Source of the DNA: an uncultured Actinomycetes bacterium
GTDB taxonomy: Bacteria > Actinomycetota > UBA4738 > HRBIN12
DNA: 64,000 nt
Direction: 5' to 3'
Assembly (NCBI GenBank): GCA_963704725.1
Contig: OY969934.1
Location: 1-64,000, forward strand
Shown: in pieces, positions 59,389-64,000 of the stretch
Numbering within the stretch: position 1 is the stretch's first letter
How the letters are laid out: every line of letters starts with the position of its first letter
Program-made: the position numbers and the translations under genes
The notes under the pieces: model-generated
Databases searched by the model: none
What the model saw: the letters and a program-made list of their open reading frames with translations, nothing else
What the model was told of the DNA's origin: nothing

Positions 59389-60813
59389 TCAGCGCTCGAT
59401 CGGCACCGCCTCCTCCGATCCCGCGTCCTCGGCGCACGAGACCGTCACGCGCACGATCGCCTTCGGGCCCGCGGCCGGCACCTCCGTGATCGACACGCAC
59501 GTCGGCGCGCCGGCGAAGGAGAGCGAGCTCGGCGTCGTGGTCGCGTCGAGCGCGGTGTTGCCCAGGGCGCCGGGGTACGGATCGCCCGCGTCGCCGCGGT
59601 TCCTCGCCGACTCGAGATCCCGCGTCCCGTCGGCCTGCAGCAGCCCGACGCGGTAGTGGAGCTCGTTGGAGTTGTCCTCCATCGCGTCGTCCACGTGGTA
59701 GACGAGGAGGCCCTCGCCGGGCAGCCCGGCGTCGAACCGGTCTCGGAGCCGGTTCTCCACCAGGAAGTACTCCTCGCCCCCCAGACCGTCCTTCCACAGC
59801 CGGAAGACCGTGGTGGTGTCCTTCACCTCGACCACCTCGATCACCCCGTTCGTGGTCGGCGTCACCACGGTGACCCACCCCTGCGTCGCCTTGCACCAGG
59901 CGGACGGGTGCGCGGGGACGTCGCCCTCCCCGTTCCAGCTCCCGCCGGCCATGAGACACCAGTTCCCCAGTCCCTCCGAGCTGCCGTCGACGTCGTACAG
60001 GTCCGGCCACCCGAACAGCAGGTGACCGAGCTCGTGGCAGCACACGCCCGCGCGGCAGTTCTCGGCGACGGTCAGGTACGCGAACGCCTTCGTCCCGTCG
60101 AGCGGGAGGGCACCGCCCTCGAGGACCCATTTGTGCGCCCAGATGTCGCCGGACCGGCCCGTCTCGGCGGCCTCGGCCCCGGCGTGGATCACGACGAAGG
60201 CGTCGACGAAGCCGTCGCCGTCGTTGTCGTACGCGGTGAAGTCGATGTCGGCGTCGGCCGCGGTCGCCGCGTCCCGGGCCATGGTCCGGGCGTTCGGACC
60301 CTCCGCGCTCATGCCCGACTCGCCATGCGCGTACTCGGCGAGCGTCCTGGGCATGCGGTAGGGGCCGACGACCTGCCCCTCCACGTCGACGAGGCCGTCG
60401 CTGACCTCCCGGTAGTACTCGCGGACGCTGCCGTGCTCCAGCGATCCGATCGAGAAGAAGAGATCCTCGATCTCGGCCTTCGGGCGGGTCAGCTGCCGAT
60501 CGTCGAAGTCGGCCAGGACCACGATCACGCGGATCGTGCCGCGGAGCGGCGCCCGTTCGAGCGACGCCCGCCGCACGGCCTGGAGCGAGGTCCCCACGGG
60601 GAACTCGGTACCGGGGATCAACACGCCGTCGTTCAACCCGGGCCGAGCGGGCTCGCGGATGCGGAGGAAGTTGAACAGCGTGCCGAGCTCGCCGTTCGCC
60701 GAGGATCGGATCGAGTCAAGACGATCCCGCATCCGGCGCTTGAGCTCTGGGTGTGGCGGCACTGGGGACGGACCTCGGATCCCCGCGCCGGCCATCGGCC
60801 TTCGATGCATCAT
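59389..60813 (-). CDS. M6 family (immune inhibitor A-like) metalloprotease
   Basis: VVLADF, SVREYYREVS, YDNDGDGFVD, IHAG, HELGHLLFGWPDLY, WCLMAGGSW, EYFLVENR; GGAGG RBS. Confidence 0.92.
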   Translation of the reverse strand: MMHRRPMAGAGIRGPSPVPPHPELKRRMRDRLDSIRSSANGELGTLFNFLRIREPARPGLNDGVLIPGTEFPVGTSLQAVRRASLERAPLRGTIRVIVVLADFDDRQLTRPKAEIEDLFFSIGSLEHGSVREYYREVSDGLVDVEGQVVGPYRMPRTLAEYAHGESGMSAEGPNARTMARDAATAADADIDFTAYDNDGDGFVDAFVVIHAGAEAAETGRSGDIWAHKWVLEGGALPLDGTKAFAYLTVAENCRAGVCCHELGHLLFGWPDLYDVDGSSEGLGNWCLMAGGSWNGEGDVPAHPSAWCKATQGWVTVVTPTTNGVIEVVEVKDTTTVFRLWKDGLGGEEYFLVENRLRDRFDAGLPGEGLLVYHVDDAMEDNSNELHYRVGLLQADGTRDLESARNRGDAGDPYPGALGNTALDATTTPSSLSFAGAPTCVSITEVPAAGPKAIVRVTVSCAEDAGSEEAVPIER

Positions 60814-61081
60814 CCACCTCCCGCTATGGGGTCTCACGGGCAGCCGACTCCTACGCGAGAACGTCCGAACGGATCCGCTAGGCCTCACCTTCCCCGGACC
60901 GAGCGGGCGGTGGGATGGCTTCCGCCCGTTCGCCCCTACCCGCGGCGCCCTCGGCGCCGAGACGCGAACTGTCACCCGCGCTTGCGCTTCCTGTCAACTC
61001 CCGAAGCGCGCGCCACGCACGGCTGTAGGCCGAATGGGCGTATGACGATTCCCATCAAGGAAACGAGCGGTCGCTCGAGCG

Positions 61082-61996
61082 CTACGCGGGGGCCGGCGGC
61101 GGGGGGATGAGCGCCGGCCCCGGCACGGCCGGTCGCCGCCGCGACGAGACGGCGAGGAGGCCCAGGCCGAGGATCGACGCGAGCAACCACGCGAGGCCAC
61201 CGGCCACCGGGATCAGCCCGATGCCACGCAGGATCGCCCATCCGGCCAGGTACGCGGCGAAGCGCGACGAGGGCGGCTTCACGAGGAGCCGGCCGATGCC
61301 GTGGGCCCCGGCCACGTACCCCACGGTGTACAGGAGCGCCAGGCCGAGCAGGACGAACACGCCGAGGGGGATCCCCACGATCGTGACCAGGAGCACGACC
61401 GCCCCGATCGGGACGAGGAAGAACAGAGCGGCGCCGACGCCGAACCCCGCGCCCATCCGGTTCCGGGCGGCCCCGGCGAGCGCGCCGTCGAGCGCCGGCG
61501 CGAACGCCAGCAGGAGCCCGCCGAGGACGAGGGTCGAGACGGAGTAGGCGATCCACCACGCGAACCGCGTCGCGAGGCCGAGGCCCTTGACGTCGAATCG
61601 CGCGGCGATGCCGCGGACGGCGCCGCGGACGACCGCGCCGTCCTCGATCGTGGGATCCTCGCGGCTGCGAACGTCGCCGCCGACCTCGGCGCCGGACCGG
61701 ATCACGACCGATCCGTTGACGACCACCACGTCCCCGCCGATGGTCCCCGCGATCTCCGTTCGGCCGTTGAGGACGACCAGCGTCTCGCGCACGGTGCCCT
61801 CGATCGTCGCCGGCCCGTTCAGGATCACGGCGGTGTCCACCGTCTCGCCTGAGGGGACGTCCAGCGTTCCCGTGATCACGATCTGATCGCGGACGTCGTC
61901 GGCCGACTGCCCGGCGGCGACCTGCGCGAACAGCCCGACGAGGAACAGCCCGACGACCGAGACCAGCACCGCCGCGCGCCGTGTGATCCCTCGCAT
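61082..61996 (-). CDS. Exported beta-helix (bactofilin-like) domain + multi-TM membrane protein
   Basis: Signal peptide; repeats NGPATIEGTV, NGRTEIAGTIGGDVVVVNGSV; then ~5 TM helices (TIVGIPLG, IPVAG). Confidence 0.78.
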   Translation of the reverse strand: MRGITRRAAVLVSVVGLFLVGLFAQVAAGQSADDVRDQIVITGTLDVPSGETVDTAVILNGPATIEGTVRETLVVLNGRTEIAGTIGGDVVVVNGSVVIRSGAEVGGDVRSREDPTIEDGAVVRGAVRGIAARFDVKGLGLATRFAWWIAYSVSTLVLGGLLLAFAPALDGALAGAARNRMGAGFGVGAALFFLVPIGAVVLLVTIVGIPLGVFVLLGLALLYTVGYVAGAHGIGRLLVKPPSSRFAAYLAGWAILRGIGLIPVAGGLAWLLASILGLGLLAVSSRRRPAVPGPALIPPPPAPA

Positions 61997-62077
61997 CGCG
62001 ACCTCCTCGCCCGAGCGCCCTTCCCGCCTCCAGCCTATGGCAGCGGGCGGCCTCGAGCGGCGGGTCGCGCTGCGCCG

Positions 62078-62944
62078 TCAGATCGATGCGCCCGAGAGCT
62101 GCTGCGCGATCGGCAGCGCCTGGTCGATCGCGATGGCGAACCCGATGTTCTCGGCGGAAGACGCCGATGCGCCCGCGGTGTTGATCCCCACGAGCCGGCC
62201 GTTCGCGTCGATCAGAGGGCCTCCCGAGTTGCCGGGGTTGATCGCGGCATCGGTCTGCAGCAACCCCTCGAGGTGCTCCACGGCCTGCCCCGTCGAGACG
62301 TCGATCGAGCGATCGAGGCCGGACACAATGCCGGCGGTCGCGGTGCTGCCGAGCCCGAGCGGGTAGCCGAGGGCCACCACCGTGTCACCGAGCTCGAGGC
62401 CCGAGGACGACCCGATGGTGATGGCCGGCCTCCCGCCGGTGTCGACGGAGAGAACCGCGAGGTCGTGCGTCGCGTCGGTCCCCAGGACGGTCGCGGTGCT
62501 CCGACCGCCCTCGTCGCCGAAGGAGACCGTGACCTGCGAGGCGCCGTCCACGACGTGGGCGTTCGTGAGGACGATGCCGTCCGCCACGATGACGCCAGAA
62601 CCCTGGCTCTCGGCCTGAGCCGAGCCCCCGAACGGGGTCGCCACCGTCGAGGTGGCACGGACGGCCACGACGGATCGCAGCGCCGTGTCGATCACGCCGG
62701 GCAGGGTGCTCGAGGTCGAGCTCGCCGCCGTGCTCTCCAACCGCGAGCCGACGGTGTCGCTCGCGGCGTCGGTCCCGCCGCTCGCCCGGCCGACGATCAC
62801 CCCGCCCTCGATCAGGCTCACCGCCGCGAGGGCGACGACGAGTGGATCGAGCCACCTGCGCGCCCGGCGTCGGCGAGGGGGCGGCTGGGGAAGGCTCGCC
62901 GGGATGTCGGCACGGTTCTCCCCGAGCGGTTCGAGTTCGTCCAT
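62078..62944 (-). CDS. S1C trypsin-like serine protease (HtrA/PepD-like, no PDZ)
   Basis: TM anchor; TNAHV, DLAVL, TDAAINPGNSGGPL; GGAGG RBS. Confidence 0.93.
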   Translation of the reverse strand: MDELEPLGENRADIPASLPQPPPRRRRARRWLDPLVVALAAVSLIEGGVIVGRASGGTDAASDTVGSRLESTAASSTSSTLPGVIDTALRSVVAVRATSTVATPFGGSAQAESQGSGVIVADGIVLTNAHVVDGASQVTVSFGDEGGRSTATVLGTDATHDLAVLSVDTGGRPAITIGSSSGLELGDTVVALGYPLGLGSTATAGIVSGLDRSIDVSTGQAVEHLEGLLQTDAAINPGNSGGPLIDANGRLVGINTAGASASSAENIGFAIAIDQALPIAQQLSGASI

Positions 62945-62995
62945 GGCGAGACCTCCGATCGTCCGTCGCATGTGCGGACAGCTCACATCGCGCAG

Positions 62996-63034
62996 ATGTG
63001 GGCTCGCTGGGAAGGGCATGAAGGTTCACTGAGA
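62996..63034 (-). promoter_or_regulatory. MprA/OmpR-type direct-repeat boxes
   Basis: Minus-strand hexamers TCTCAG, CTTCAT, TCCCAG, CCACAT at an exact 11-bp period upstream of the protease. Confidence 0.55.
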
Positions 63035-63048
63035 CCTGCGCCGCCCGT

Positions 63049-63091
63049 ACGACGCAGACGCCGCCGGGAGCACCGGCGGCGTCTGCGTCGT
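63049..63091. terminator. Long perfect hairpin downstream of the SHOCT gene
   Basis: ACGACGCAGACGCCGCCGG-GAGCA-CCGGCGGCGTCTGCGTCGT, 19-bp perfect stem. Confidence 0.75.
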
Positions 63092-63132
63092 CCTCGCGCC
63101 ACGCGCTCGGGAACCGACGGGGAGCGAGGGGC

Positions 63133-63489
63133 TCACGTCGGAGCGTCGGTGGCCGAGGGACCCGGATCGCCCCGGGCCGGGACCTCCGGCGCCGGGGAGG
63201 CGGCGGCGTCACCGCCGGGGGTGGCGAGATCCGCGGCGGCCGAGAGGTAGACGTCGCGCTCGACCTCGCCCCGCGCGTACCGGAGCCGGAGCGCATCGAG
63301 CGCGGGGTCCCGGGGGACCGCGGGGAACGAGCGGGATCCGGCCGCGACGGCCGGGACGCGATCTCGAGAGCGCAGCAGCATGACGACCACCGCGGCCATG
63401 AGGCCGGCGAGCAGAACGATCGGCACGATCCCCCACAGGAACCACCACCCGTCCGAGTGCCCGGCGACGTGGTACGGGAACCGGTTCAT
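63133..63489 (-). CDS. SHOCT-domain membrane protein
   Basis: AAAGGAGG RBS; one TM; DPALDALRLRYARGEVERDVY. Confidence 0.85.
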   Translation of the reverse strand: MNRFPYHVAGHSDGWWFLWGIVPIVLLAGLMAAVVVMLLRSRDRVPAVAAGSRSFPAVPRDPALDALRLRYARGEVERDVYLSAAADLATPGGDAAASPAPEVPARGDPGPSATDAPT

Positions 63490-63767
63490 CCTCTGGACCT
63501 CCTTTCCGTACTCATCCCGTATGAGAGCGCCGCGCCCTGAGAGGGAGCCGTGAGCACGCTGAGAACGCGCGATGAGTCCGGCGCGAGCGCGAAGCGTTTC
63601 GTCAGGACGCACCGGGGGTCGCGTCGGACGACGGAGACCTGTTAACGTGTCGCCCGAGGGCACCGATCGCGGTCTTGGCTACGAGCAGTCCCTCGCCCGG
63701 CTGTCACGGCCGGCGCCGTGAAGGGCAGCATCCAGGCCCGGACGGCGGAAGGAAGGAGGGATCGCAC

Positions 63768-63971
63768 GTGGCAACTGGAACCGTGAAGTGGTTCAGCCCC
63801 GAGAAGGGCTTCGGCTTCATCACTCCGGAGGACGGGACCGCCGACGTGTTCGTGCACTTCAGCGCGATCACGGGTGAGGGGTACCGCAACCTGGAGGAGA
63901 ACCAGCGGGTCGAGTACGAGGTGACTCAGGGGCAAAAGGGCCCCCAGGCCGCCAACGTCCGGGCCGTCTAG
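63768..63971 (+). CDS. cspA: Cold-shock protein
   Basis: [31 protein letters not shown]; AAGGAGG RBS. Confidence 0.97.
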   Translation: MATGTVKWFSPEKGFGFITPEDGTADVFVHFSAITGEGYRNLEENQRVEYEVTQGQKGPQAANVRAV

Positions 63972-64000
63972 AGAGGCCGGAACGACGAGAGACCCGGCGC

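Noticed and set aside
60814-60980. Structured leader of the M6 gene as a possible c-di-GMP or other riboswitch
   Set aside because: Hairpins are present but I could not match a known aptamer consensus; an Infernal/Rfam scan would be needed.

Overview
A high-GC (spot counts ~70-77%) actinobacterial-type chromosomal segment with about 52 protein genes. It has no rRNA, tRNA, CRISPR array, integrase or transposase. Housekeeping anchors are typA/bipA and a cold-shock protein. Most of the rest is signal transduction: two class III adenylate/guanylate cyclase-ATPase-TPR proteins, three LuxR-HTH one-component regulators, a BTAD/SARP activator, WYL, HxlR, a two-component system, an orphan kinase and three ECF sigma factors. 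There are also redox/detox enzymes and resistance functions: rifampin phosphotransferase Rph with an upstream RAE element, two AlkZ-family DNA glycosylases, an epoxide hydrolase, a P450 and an MmpL. Notable items: a low-GC ~1,200-aa TPR+PIN putative conflict/defence gene flanked by gene debris; an ECF sigma fused in frame to an anti-sigma-like membrane domain; a SigG-type promoter driving a STAS gene that overlaps sigG in antisense; a shared 18-bp operator/promoter architecture at three LuxR-HTH modules; a signal-less M6 protease paired with a small beta-protein; and toxin-antitoxin remnants. Several genes carry frameshifts in GC or homopolymer runs, most likely sequencing or assembly indels. 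All calls come from reading motifs by eye; no database search was run.
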